DNA of 63,156 nt, filler included, from Reticulomyxa filosa (lineage: Eukaryota > Protista > Foraminifera): the NCBI GenBank assembly GCA_000512085.1. It is 18 parts of 18 records of this genome, joined end to end, with 100 filler letters (N's around TTAATTAATTAA, not from the genome) between each part and the next. Parts side by side here need not be neighbours in the genome. Positions count along the whole stretch, not along the records: positions 9,687 to 17,363 come from ASPP01050533.1; positions 17,464 to 19,060 come from ASPP01001152.1; positions 19,161 to 23,665 come from ASPP01002064.1; positions 23,766 to 26,363 come from ASPP01005089.1; 14 more parts are not named here. One strand, written 5' to 3'. The notes beneath the pieces were generated by a model that saw nothing but the letters and a program-made list of their open reading frames with translations, was not told the origin of the DNA and searched no databases. Of this stretch, positions 12,667-25,420 are shown one piece after another. Every line of letters starts with the position of its first letter. The first letter of the stretch is position 1. Made by a program: the position numbers and the translations under genes.

Positions 12667-15600
12667 ATGACCTCCATAACAACTTCTCCAAAAGGCACAT
12701 CCTCAAACTCTTCACAAGCTTTGCATGACTTGGAAAAAATTGTGCGAGCAAATGTGAGAGGTTCGGACAACGAGCTACGAAGTAAAGCGGAAGTGGAACT
12801 GAAACAAATCAAACAACGACAGCCCGCGAACTATTTTACAGGATTGTGTGCATTGATGGCTCACTCGAGTGACCCAATGATTCGATCGTTTGCAGCAGTA
12901 TTGTTGAGACAAATTCTTGCCGTCACCGACGACACATACGACAACATTCCGTTTCAGTGTCAAGCGCAAGTGCGTCAAACTCTGTTGACCTGTTGTGCCG
13001 AAGAAAAAGACCGAGACACGTTATTGCAAGTCAGTCACGCTTTGGGTCAATGTGCAGTGCACATTTTATGCAAACAACGTTGAGTTTTGGACAAACAAAT
13101 AAACAAATAAATAAATATATTTTTTTGGTTTACTTTTTTTTTTTTTTTTGGAATGTTTGGCAAAATCAGCAAATGGGAGGAACTGTTGTCGGCTCTAATG
13201 AAATTGGCTTCCTCCAGCGAATCTTCTCACCGAGAGGCGTTTCTTATTGTCTTGGACAGGTTCTTTTAGATGTTTTTTTTTTTTTGTAATTTTGTGTATT
13301 ATAAACTTATTCACACGACACTTTTTTTTTTTAGATTGGCCGAGTTTGCCTTGGATGTTCTGCGAAAAGATATGAACAATGTTCGAACGATGTTGGTTGG
13401 CGCTTTGAAAGATAAAGCAGCATCAGTCAGAACAGCGGCACTGCGTGCAGTCGTATCGCTGCTGTTGTCACTGGACAAAAACGACGAACTCAAGTATTTT
13501 AGTGATTTGATACCTTTACTTTTTCAAAATATTGCACAGACAGCCGGCGATGAGGTTGTCACCAAGGCGTGTGAAAACTTGCATCACTTAGTGGAAAACC
13601 GACCCGAATTCTTCGCTCAGTACATGAAACCCATTGTCGATTGCTTATCTAAATGCGTTGCCGGCAATCAATTAACCTTTGGTGAGATTATATACTTAAA
13701 AATATATACATACATATGTATATATTTTTAAGTAATTCTAATCCAAAAAAATTTGTTCGGGGTTTTGAAGGAGAACAAAAAAATGTTTGTGACACAAATC
13801 GAAAAAAAAAAAAAAAAAATGCTGACTAAGCAAAAAATTTGGAAGAGCAACACTTGACAAGAAAAATGTTTTTATACGTGTGTATGTGAAATTTAAAAAT
13901 GAATTGTAAAGAAACTCGTCGAATTGCGATGGGCTTGCTGTTGGGAATGCTTGAAGTGAATATGGAAAACTGTGACGAAAAAGAGGTGGCTGCGCAGGTG
14001 ATTCCTCTGGCGTTTCTGTTCGTTGAACAGTATGACGAAAGCTTGGAATGGAATTCTCCAGATGACGACACGGAACAAGTGGATTTCCAATTTGGTTGTG
14101 ACTGTCTTGCCCAATTATGCAGTCTATTAGGTTTGTTTTTTTATGCAAGTACGCAAGTACATTGTATCAATACCAAAATAAAAAAATAAAAAAAAATGGA
14201 CAGATGGCGAAATATTCCTTTCGGTTGCTCAGCCAATAATAACGAAAGGATTGAAATCAGATCAATGGGTGAATCAAGTGGGCTCTTTGTTTGTAATCAA
14301 ACATATATTGGATGGCGTGGCGGGACTGTGGCAGTCGCAATTGGACACAATCGTGAAAGCAGTTGGCAATTGTTTGGCTCATTCGAAAGCCCAAGTCAAA
14401 TATGCGGCCTTGCATGCCATTCAACAACTGTCTGTTTCTTACGCCGAGCAGGACTTTGAAAGCACCTATCATCGACCTATCATGAGCGCGTTGTTGGATA
14501 TGGTAAACTCGGCGAGCAAGCAGCATCGATGTGTTGCAGTGCAGGTCTTGTGTATATACATTATATTACATACACATATATATATATATATGTAGATGAC
14601 ATAAACTTGATAGACGTGTGACGCATTGGCACATTTTGCGTATTATTGCAAACAAGAATTGTTTGACGATTATAGTAAGCAATCATTGAAGAGTCTGTAT
14701 GAAGTGTTGGTGAATTGCAACGACGGTTTGATCAATCGTTTGCACTGAAGGCCGTCTCGGTGATTGTCGGTGTGTTGGAAGACCATATTACCCCTTATTA
14801 CGATCGCTTCCTGGCATTATGCATGAAGTTACTGCAAGAGACGCAAGGAAAAGCGAATCTGTGCGAATTGCGAGGTCGTGTGATGGAGTGTTTAGGACAG
14901 CTGTGTGCCAATGGGCCTCTCGAAGAAACCAAGGGACACAGTCATCAAATTTTGCAGCTTTTGATTCCCATTCAAGGTCCTTCCTACGTGTGTACGTGTG
15001 TAGTATAAACAATGATACAATGATACAATGAAAAAAATAGAAAAAGAAAAAGCATTGGGCGGAGTGTCATACAACTTTATGATGAAACTATTTAATCGTT
15101 TGTCAGAGGTGTTGGAAGGCGACTTTGTGAGATATTTGCAACATATTATCCCTCCTTTGATCAAGTCGGCGCAATTGAATCCCACGTCGATGAGCGACGC
15201 AAAAGACCCCGACGAAATTGGTATCTCTTGTCAAGGAAGTGTTATTTCCACGAGTGTTCATTTGCATGCCTTTGGAAGCAAGGTTTGTTTTTTTTTTGAC
15301 AAGACAAAGTCTTTGGAAATAAGCAAAAGCGAATGAAAATGCAAATAGAAAATATCAGTAAATACGAGCGAAGTAGAGGAAAAGACGATTGCTTGCAAGT
15401 TGCTCGTGAGCTACGCATCGCATTTGGAAGGAGGCTTTCTCGAGTACGCAAAGACAGTAACGAAGGTGATGAAACCGTTGCTCGAGTACAAGTGCCATCA
15501 CAATATTCGACGCAGCGCGGCAGAGTCAGTGCCGGTGCTGTTACGCTGCATTGTGTCGGGCTTGCGCGGCAAAGAGGCAGACAAGGACGCAGTCACCAAT

Positions 15601-16821
15601 GCAGTGAGCGCGTACATTAAGGAGGTAATGATGCCATTTGTGCGATGCATGGAGATTGAGGATGAAGTGGAGCCATTTACCAATATGTGTGGCTATTTGG
15701 TGCAAGTGCTGGAGTGTGTCGACGAGTTGAAAATAGACGCGTGTCGCTTCATTTCCGAAGACATGGTTCGAGACATGGCGCAGCAAATCACCAATGCCAT
15801 TAGCGAACGCATTTTGAGACATTTCAACCAAGAAGAGTTGGGAGATGATGCTGCCGCCGAAGAGTATAGCGAAGATATTGAGGCGGAATTGGCTGACAAT
15901 GTTGTTTTTTTTTTTTTTTTTTTTAGAGCAAATTGTTTTTTACTTTAGAATGTTCTGTGCTCTGTCTCTGTCTCTGTCTCAGTTGAGCGATATTGTCTCG
16001 AAACTGTGCAAATTGTTTGGAAGTCGATTTGTGGAAATATTTGACAAAGTATGTGCGGAACAAGTGAAAGAGTTAGTGGATCAGTCGCAATTTGTTGACA
16101 GCGATCATATTTTGGGATTAACGATATTCACTGAGGTGATACGCTATGGCCAAAAGTTGGCTGCAAAATATACGTCGTTTGTTTTGAAGACGTGCCAACA
16201 GGTCCTCCAAAAAACAGATGCTTCCGACGGTCTACGCCAATCGGCCGCGTATGCTATTGGCATTTGCAGTGATCAACAGTTGTTGTCCGATGCCGATCAA
16301 TGGCTGAAAGAACTCAAACATTTGGTAGATATGCCCGGCTCGCGCGAGGATGACCACGTTTTGGCAACGGAAAATGCCATATCTGCCATTGGCAAAATTT
16401 GTCGTAATCAATCCAAACAAATTGAAGATTGGAATAAAAAAGGTCGTCGTCTGGATTCAAATGCTGCCCTTGATCAAAGACACTGACGAAAGAGAATGTT
16501 GTAACGCATTTGTCTTAACTTTGATGCAATCGTTTCGTCTTTTTCTTTTTATCATTGTACACTGCTTATCTTTTTTTTGCTTGCGTTTGTGTGTGTGTGT
16601 GTATGGTCGCCTTCAGATCCTTTGATGATTTAGTGAAATTACATCCGGGTGTCGTCGTAAAGTGGTTGGAGGTGATGGCCGTGGCAATCAAAGATAATGA
16701 CAAACACAGTGATCAGTTCAAAAAAGCTTTTGATTTTTTGTGCACAAAACTAGGAACGACCAATGTTCGCTCAATGGTGTCCAAGTTGTCTGAAGATTTA
16801 CAAAATGTTTTCCCACAATAA
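12667..16821 (+). CDS. IPO5: Importin-5 / karyopherin beta-3 family (HEAT repeats), 10 exons, three apparent 1-nt frameshifts
   Basis: IRSFAAVLLRQ (IBN_N-like), V.YAALHAI.QLS, ELRGRVMECLG, ISVNTSEVEEK..AC.LL, H.NIRRSAAESVP, LRQSAAYAIG and ATENAISAIGKI are Kap121/IPO5-type motifs. Eight of nine introns splice in frame. Confidence 0.88.
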
Positions 16822-17019
16822 AATTGATTTTTTTTTTGGTTGCTTGGTTATAGTTGTTCTTTTCTTTTTTAAAAAAACATATTGGGTTTTATTTACACGT
16901 ATTAAAAGAATTTACTTCATCAAAAGTAATCTTAATAGTCATACTGAGCTGCGGTTACAAAATAAAAGTTGTTTTCTCTCCATTCTTTTTAAAAAAGGGG
17001 TCAAAACAAGCTCTCTGAA

Positions 17020-17262
17020 ATGACAACTCTCCCAGAGGCCATTGTTCTAGATAATGAGAATGTTATGCTGAAAGAAACATCTCAGCATGGACGAGGTCTA
17101 TTTGCGAAGAAGAACTTCAAATGTGGAGATATACTTTTTGAAGACACACCTTTTGTGTACGCAATGAAGCCAACAGTGTGTCACTATTGCTGGCAGACAA
17201 AAGGACCATTGGAGCGGTGTTCGAAATGTAAATTTGCACGATATTGTTCCAAGAAATGTCAA
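17020..17262 (+). CDS. SET and MYND domain (SMYD) lysine methyltransferase, exon 1
   Basis: HGRGLFAKKNFKCGDILFEDTP (SET-N), then the MYND finger CHYC...RCSKCKFARYCSKKCQ and a GT donor. Truncated by the contig end. Confidence 0.9.
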
Positions 17263-17539
17263 GTTTCGCAAAGCCAAAGCAGTGGCAATTAGAGAAGAAC
17301 TACACGAAGACGCATCTGTTCATCCACAAAAAAAAAAAAAAAAAAAAACGTAAAAAAAAAAAANNNNNNNNNNNNNNNNNNNNNNNNNNNNNNNNNNNNN
17401 NNNNNNNTTAATTAATTAANNNNNNNNNNNNNNNNNNNNNNNNNNNNNNNNNNNNNNNNNNNNTTGTATAGTACTTAACTTTTAATTAACTTGATAAGTT
17501 ATGCATTATTTTGAGTTATGTATTGAAATATTTACCCTA

Positions 17540-18000
17540 TTTAATGTGTCCATTAAACGATCGGTGATATAATTGATTTATACGTGTGTACAATAGCATA
17601 GTGCAATCATATAAGCAAATAATCAAAATTGATGATTTTCCCATTTTTAACAAAACTATAGCATTTTGTTTCACTTCGTTCATATTTTGCACATTTTTTG
17701 ATTTTAATAAGACAATGCGATTATATCCAATTGTAATGAATTGGACTGTATTTAAATTAAATATATTAATTTTATTTTTTGAATAATCGATAAATAGCAA
17801 ATCCTTTTTTTTCATCAATCGTTGCATAAATTTCTTGGTAATTTCTTGAATGATTGGATGTCTGTGAATTACAATATTTGACTCATTCCTTTTTGTTAAT
17901 ACTCTAAACGCTTACATAGTTTATCTCCAATTTATGTTTAACATATCCACCAAAAGGCAACAAAGTGCGTTCATTACAGCCACTGTTGTTCTATCAAACT
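17540..18000 (-). pseudogene. Kelch-like beta-propeller family pseudogene
   Basis: TLLPFGGYVKHKLEINYVSV*S ... NKINIFNLNTVQFI. Same family as 38500-38985; many stops. Confidence 0.55.
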
Positions 18001-19266
18001 TTAAAAGGGAGTTAAGGTAATATGTCGGTTTTGTTTAACTTGTCTTTTAAGTATGTTTTTATGCTGTAGTTCGATTACACATGTTGTTAATGTTAAGTAT
18101 TTTGACTTTCTTTAAAAAAATGTGGATGTGAATAACCCTTTTAAAAAACGAAAAACAAATGTTGGATTAATGTTTTTATTTGTTTTTGTAGAAAGACATG
18201 TAATATACTTATTATTGTTCGGTGACTCAAATAAAATACAAATTACTTCTTTTCACAAGAACTAGTCAATAGACTTGGTACAGAATTGGAGTAAAATTTT
18301 CTTTGCGAGACATCTTGCTTGATTAGTGAAATAAAAAATTGAACATAATCGAATTAAAAAAACTAGTTGTCATGTTGTGCTTTAGAAAGATTTTATAAGT
18401 TTTCAATTACGAATATATCTATTCTTATTTAAATGTATTGATTAAACACTCGAAGATAACATGAACGTGTTTCATTCAATTTCATTGAGTTGTTCCGAAT
18501 GAGCTTGTACATTTTTGATGCACGAAACTCACATTATTTTTATTCTATTTTATTAAAAATTATATATGTTTTAAATAAATTTGTTTATTTATTTTAAAGC
18601 TTTATTTGCAAATAACACTTTATCAAACATTTTGCATAAGATATTTCCTCAGGGTGAAATTGTAATAATTCAAGCAAAAAGAGACGTATTTATTTTTTGA
18701 TAATGACATTATTAGATTTAAAAAGAAAGCCAAGCAAGTTTCACTGCTACAAAATAATTGCAGATTGGTTGATTCCAGGCTTGTTTTCTCTTTTCCATTT
18801 CCTTTTGAACACTTTTGATTAATTTCATTTACTATATTTTCTTGTTCTTGTTTTTATTCATCATTTCAAACAAAAAGAGATTAAATATGATAATTTGAAA
18901 TAAAATAAAATTTTTGAAACAACAAACAAAGAACTGAAATTGAGTAAGAAATGTTCAGAAGAGTAATCTCTCTAAAAAAAAATGTCATCTTCAAAAAAAA
19001 CTTGCGAGTAGCAAAAGATCGTCGAAAGTTCTAAAGGGGGGAAGAAGTTTTTTTAAAAAANNNNNNNNNNNNNNNNNNNNNNNNNNNNNNNNNNNNNNNN
19101 NNNNTTAATTAATTAANNNNNNNNNNNNNNNNNNNNNNNNNNNNNNNNNNNNNNNNNNNNTGATTATTGATATACTCTTTCACTTTTTTGTTCCTATTAA
19201 TCTTTTCATCATCTTTCTCTCTATTCAAATCTAAAACAAATCATTCCACAACGAAAGTGTCCATGT

Positions 19267-21100
19267 TCACACTGTCTTGGTCGAGACGTATAAATTCACA
19301 TCGATAGTGAGATACAACATTTTTGTTCTTCTATCCCTCGTGATATCGATCTTGCACACTTTTTCTGTTTGATTGTCTTGAATTTGAGTAATGCAGGATT
19401 GCACGTCACAAGGGAAATTTTCTGCGTCCATTTGAATATCTCCACCAGGTACAATCACAGTAAATTTATCTTTCTTTGATTGTATGTATTGCATATATTT
19501 TATGGATTGAGATGTAATTGCGATATATACCAAAAAGCGGAGTTGGACAATGATACAACATTCAGTTAATGACTTGCTCTCTGCAGCAACACGACTTTGA
19601 AAATGAGCAAAAGCATATAACAGTGCTATTGTCGGAGCCCAAGTCAATACCATTATTATCGAGGAAAAGACATTCAATTTTTGACGCTTTCATCTGGCTC
19701 CAATATTTTCATTTGGATAAAATCTTTGGATTGCTGTCTTTATTACTCAAATATACGATTACAGGAGAAGAATTGAACAGTAATGCACCAATTTCTTTTC
19801 CAGTACGTGTTGAAGATAATCGTGATCACTTTTATTGCGCCGGTACAAAAACTAGTTGATATGCAATTTTATGAGTCAGCCATTGATTCAAATGAATGGT
19901 TGTATGAATCGCATTGGTGCTAAATGAAAAAAAAGCGAGCCATTGACTACAACTGCCGTCGTTCCAGCCATCTTTGCGATACATCGTAAAGATTGTGGCA
20001 ATATTAAACATGTTGATTTGATTGTATACTTGCTTGGAGAATGGTTTGCTTGGAACGAAATTGGTTTGCTTCCCAAACATAACAAAAGTGGAGCGACAAT
20101 GGACCAGTAATTGCATTGAACGCATATGGCGAAAATGGTGATATTATAGGCCACATTAAATGCAGTAAATTCCTTGCTTTGCGCACTCCTTGCCGACAAT
20201 TCGTTTGGACAACTTTAGTATCCAGATCGCATGGATACTGGCGTTTCACAAGAAGGTGAATCAAAACGTGACCCAAATTGAAATAAAAATTCTTGTGGTC
20301 GAGTTCTTCGGCAAATACACGAAAGACTTGCAGCAAATCCAAAGCTTGATTATTATAATGTTCAAGCCCGTCCACCATACGACATTTGCTTGATTGTTTC
20401 GTATTGCAATGGAATAATTGGAATCCTCCATCCGATGGATATACCGATCAAATTTCAACAAATCGATCACATCCTATCATTATAGCAACAGATTAAATTT
20501 ACTTGATGTAAATATTGACGAAAAAAAATTGGAGCGGAGAATAAGACGAAATCCATGCAAAAGAGATCTGGTAGATGGTTGCGTAGTATAGTGACTTGGA
20601 TGGCGTGCTGAATTGTGACTAGGACTTCGGGTCTGTGAGAGACTTTGGTTGACTCCTTCGCACTAAGTGTTGTTGCCAGAATATATCGATGTTCCACTGA
20701 CAATAACACACATATCGCCTCCCCGACGTCTATAACAAATAATTTCTTGGACCAAGTAATTGGGCTTGATCATTTGACGTGTAGTTCTTTGATGGCATTG
20801 CACAACAGATTAGTTGCATTTTTTTCTTCCAATGTGAAACACTTTCAGAGCACATGCAAGACTTTTTCTCTATATGTGCAATACACCACGTTCTTCAAGC
20901 ACTTGCAAGGCTTCGGTTCCATGTCCTCTTAGTATATGTATCGCAAACAAATGTCTTGATAACAACTTTTTATTTTTATCTTCAATTTGTTTTTTTTTAC
21001 ATTTTTTTAAATTCAAAACCAATACTTGTTGTCTCTGGAACAGCTACAGCATTCACCACAATATCTTACGATAGTTTCATCGACGTCCATTAAATGCCGA
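19267..21100 (-). pseudogene. Large frameshifted gene remnant, family unrecognised
   Basis: About 1.8 kb of coding-like composition with overlapping short ORFs in alternating frames and one intron-like AT block. Confidence 0.45.
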
Positions 21101-21392
21101 CCGATCTCTTTGAATGCATTGGCTCTTTCCCTTTCTTTTTATTGACGCTTCCACACGTACATCTACGTATACTTTCTTTGCCACCTATATTTCAAAAAAA
21201 ATACTATTTTATGATTGAAAAAAAAAATTAGTGAATACACTATGATAGTATGTTAAATGAAAAGAAGTAAATTTGATATGATTTTTTTTTATTATTGGAA
21301 CTTGTTTTTGTGCTAATTCGTGTCGTCGTCTTCAATTTCTATTTTTTTATTTTAAACAAGTCAACATAAAAAAGATGTATATTTGTTTATTC

Positions 21393-22255
21393 CACTTAAC
21401 TATCCATTTGGTACCCGCATGAAATAACAATTTTTGGAGCATAGCTCCAACTTAAACAAAATATATATTCAATTTTATTTTTATTTTTCTTTATTATTTT
21501 TTTAATATATTTTTTCTTCTTTTACAACGTTTTCATTTTTTTCTTTTTCTTTTATTATTATTATTTTTTAATCACAATCTTTTATTTTTTTTCTCATTTC
21601 TTTTTCTACCCCTTTTTTTTTCACTTCCACCCTTTTTCTATCTATCATTTACTTTTTTTTCCTTCCTATTTTTTTCTATTATTTTCACTATACCCTTTTT
21701 TTTTATTATTTCCTTTTGCTTCCCCTCCCCCCCTTTCTACAATTTCCTTTCATAAAAATAGTCGAATATCTTTGTCTTTTTTTTGCAGCTGGGACATCTA
21801 TAACACAAGCAGAGTTATTTTTATATTTTTAAAGAACAACATAAAAATATATATGTACTTGTTGTTAGTGTAGATCAAGCTCCGATTTGCATTTCTTTTT
21901 CCTGGTACAAACACTCAAATTAATTTTTTTTTATTTATATAGGGTGGGGAAAAAACAACATATATTTCTTTGATGGGGGAATTCCTATTATATCACACAA
22001 CATCACATTATTTAACAAAAGAAAAATATAAAAATATAAATATAACAAACCATTAATCCTTCTTTTGGAGACTGGAGCGGCTTTCAACCCCAGTATTCTT
22101 TTTTTGTGTGTGAGGAGAAAACATGTAACATTTTTTTGTGACGGGTGGGATCCTATACAAAAGACAAAAAACAGATTAATATATTTTAAAAAATAAAATA
22201 AAGTAAACATACAATTTTGCTCCTTTCGGAGACGGGGTGTGGTTTCTACCCCATT
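21393..22255 (-). repeat. Unclassified ~0.85-kb interspersed element, copy 1
   Basis: Co-linear motifs shared with 54313-55166 and 57535-58287 (plus strand): CACTTAACT end, T-rich tract, GGGGGAATTCCTAT, CTTCAACCCC-like motif, GACGGG..GA.CCTAT and CTCCTTnCGGAGACGG...CTACCCCATT. Confidence 0.85.
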
Positions 22256-22259
22256 CTGC

Positions 22260-23300
22260 TGGTGTTGGTGTTGCTGTTGTCATCATCTCTATATTTTTTT
22301 CAATAACATACAACATACATAATGTACATTATACATTTTTTGTGGATACATTAAAAAAGTATTTACACATATATACGTATGTAAAAAAATTGTGGATATA
22401 CCACTTGGCCGTATCGAAATTGCGCACGGTCAACTGGCCATTCGTGTTGTTGTGATTGGCAGTCATTGTGCCCACGTGCCGATCATTGTGTACCTCAACG
22501 GAGTTCCACAGCCAAAGCATTGAGCCAACGCCGGCCAAACAAACAACATTATCATTATCACAATCAATAAGGCAATCATTTTGTAGACATTGACAGGTGC
22601 CAACACCAACCTTCCGCCACCTGAATCTTCAATCATATTGTTCATTGTCTTGAATAAAGACAACAGCATATCAACACTAGTCGTGTTATGATCCAATAAG
22701 CTGTTACGACTTGAAAACAGCCATATAACCTTTTCCACTTGCCATAACACTAGCAGTGCAAACAATTCCATCGCTTGTGCGTAGATTGTTGCTTCTACCA
22801 GCATTTTCATGGCCGTGCAAACTGCTATTGTGGCCATAATTGAACAAATCGTTAGTGCTTGAAGTCTATTGTACGTGTATATGTGTACGTATAAAAAATT
22901 GAAATAAGTTTTTGATTATTTTTATTAAAAATTTTTTCTCATATGTCATTTTTTTTGTTTATTTATTTTTTAATTGAATGAAATGTGCAGACGAAGTAAC
23001 TGGAACAAATAGTCACACGATATCTAGTGACACCATCTTTTTTTTTAACAGAGCCCGTGATCGGGTGAGCACGAATTGAACAAATTGTATTCGATTCGCT
23101 GTTGGTGTGCTGGTGATTGCTGTTGTAGTTGTTGATATGTTGGTTGGTGATGTAGTGGTGGCTGGTGCGATTGTGATATTCGCTGAACGTGGCCGTTGTG
23201 TTTTGTTTTGTTGGGTAGTGACGGCCAGAAGCATGTAATAATTTGAAATGGATGATTTGGATATCATCCTCAAGTGAAAATTGAAATGGCGTGTTCATTC
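22260..23300 (-). pseudogene. Cys-rich, Thr/Pro-rich (mucin-like) surface protein pseudogene
   Basis: TIAPATTTSPTNISTTTTAITSTPT, GTCQCLQNDCLIDCDNDNVVC, intron-like blocks and stops. Confidence 0.4.
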
Positions 23301-24679
23301 AGCGCCAATACTAAAGAGCTTCGAACGTCGTCAAAAAAAAAAGAAAAAAGTAATTTTTATGACGGTCAAATATCACAACTTTCATATAAAGGAAGTTTGT
23401 AATTTCCAATTTTACTCAGCATATTTTGTTAAAGTAATTTGCTTTTAATCAATACATTTTATCTATAACTTTATGATTTTTGGCTTACACGTTGTCACAA
23501 GGAAAATACCGTACAAGAGCTCAAGTTAAGTTTGAATGTTATCTACAACTTTTTTTTTGTTAACTTGTGAAATAAATGCACAAAAAAAAACAACAAAAGG
23601 ACAGATTTTAAAATGGAACAATATATTACATAAACGAACACTGAATCAACAGGTACAATAGTTTGNNNNNNNNNNNNNNNNNNNNNNNNNNNNNNNNNNN
23701 NNNNNNNNNTTAATTAATTAANNNNNNNNNNNNNNNNNNNNNNNNNNNNNNNNNNNNNNNNNNNNAAAAAAAAAAAATAGGTAGATTGGAAATTAGAAAA
23801 TAAAAAATAAAAAAAAAGTGACAATGGAAAAAATTAAAAAGAGAAAAAAAAAGAAAGAATAAAAATGAGGAAAAAAAAGAAAGAATAAAAATAGAGAAAA
23901 AAAAAAAAAAAAAGAATATGAAAAGAAAGAAAAAAAAGAAAAGGAAGAAGAGCGGCAACAACAACAGCAAAGATTGGACCGTGATGCCGCAGGTTTGTTT
24001 GTTTTTAAAAAATAGTTTGAGGAATTTGGTTGTAAGTGTGGCGACTTTGCGCGCTTATAGACATGGACTACCTTCAAATATCGCTCAAAATGGAAATGAT
24101 GAATTAGAGTGGCAGTGACAATCGAAGGCATTGAAAGACTTGTGCCTAAATTGGTGGCAAAAAAGTATTTGTTGATTATTATTGTATAGTCAAAGCACCA
24201 AAGAGCGATGACAAAAGGTGGAATTAAATTGTTGTGGAAATATGCGCAAACTTTGGGACGCAACAATCGAGGAGAATAGACTGGTCGCTCCTATCGAAAC
24301 TGATAGTATACGTGCGCGTATGCGCAAAGTTGAATTTCGTCATGAGTGTGCTGGTATATAGAAGTGTGAGCTCGGAAACACTTAGCATTGGTGTGATTAT
24401 CGCTGCAAAAGTCGCGCCTTTCGTTTGTCAAATAGGCGCCGATTACCTTTGTGAATTGTCCCGGCATCGATTATGGACAGACTGGAGACTTGCTGGGTGA
24501 AAACATTACTTTTTTCCGTTGAATTACGCCAGCACTTGAAGAAATTTGGGTCGCTTTATATTCGTTTGCGCAGTGCTCAAGTCGACATGATTTTTGGATT
24601 TTGAAGTTCGTAGAACATTTGGCATACTCAAACATCTGTTGAACTATGACACGCAAGAAAGGGACAAAGAATAACGACA

Positions 24680-25090
24680 ACGAATACGTCCAATAATGAA
24701 GAAAATAAGAATTTTGCCTTCCTACTTAGATCAACAATCCAAACGTTGGGTGTATTGAAAATACTATCTATTCAACAAGACCAAAGTGTGCCATCATTAC
24801 AAGGGCGACAATAGAGAAATAGTTGGACAAATTCTCTCAGACCAATCGTGGGCAATCTGGATCTTGGGACAGAATATGAAAACAAGCTCGCTAAGAAGAA
24901 AGACAAGAAGAGCATGATATCGCGCAAAGTGACAACAGCAGCAGCGACTGGACTAACAGAAAAAAGGGAAGTCGAGGAAGAACAGAGTGCAAGCGTTGTC
25001 AAAAAAAAAATCTCAACAATGTGCTCGAGCAAACAACTACATGGGAGAATCGTTTCGTGTGATCGGTTCAATTTGGTGGATAGCTGGAAA
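24680..25090 (+). repeat. Degenerate coding-like repeat, copy A
   Basis: Shares GAATACG.CCAA.AATGAAGAAAA, AATCT.GATCTTGG, GCGACTG.ACT, CGAGCAAAC.ACTACAT..GGAGAAT and TGGTGGA with 25780-26270. Confidence 0.7.
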
Positions 25091-25169
25091 CGCACAAATT
25101 CGCCACTAACGGGCGTATACTAACTTCCCGCATCGTTCATTCAATGGAAAATGATGAGCAAGTGCAGCA

Positions 25170-25420
25170 GTGTTCAATTTTTTCTCCCATTCTCCAGACA
25201 ACGACTCCTCACGTGGAACTGACGCGTTGTAATAGCGCTGCATTACTTTCGTGTTTTTTATAAATGCGTAAACAAATCCGTTGAACACCGCCAAGTTTTC
25301 CAGTGCAAACACTTTTCTCCAAACGTTGTCGTCCAACCAACCATTGCTTGGATTGCTCACCATAGTATTCGGTGCGTGTCCTACTTGAACCAAGAAACGA
25401 TAAGCGTATGCGTGCGTATA
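25170..25420 (-). pseudogene. Dynein heavy chain fragment (post-AAA5 / pre-AAA6 helical region)
   Basis: YRFLV..G....NPSNGWLDDNVWRKVFALENLAVFNGFVYAF.......YYNASVPREESLSGEWEKKLN matches the axonemal-type DHC pattern NP..WL....W..I..L..L..F.G...F.....YY.S..P..E.LPGEW..KL. Confidence 0.75.

Noticed and set aside
20880-20930. RGHGTEAL on the minus strand as GNAT motif A
   Set aside because: Short match inside a heavily decayed region, with no supporting motifs.
21935-22210. Similar ORFs at 21935-22210 and 54786-55121 as a protein family
   Set aside because: They read through the repeat element, including its intron-like T-rich parts, with indels and no consistent start.
23710-24266. Phe/Leu-rich 'membrane protein' ORFs (also 3440-3850, 57643-57825, 61483-62064)
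   Set aside because: Translations of A/T-rich tracts or antisense shadows of acidic coding sequence.
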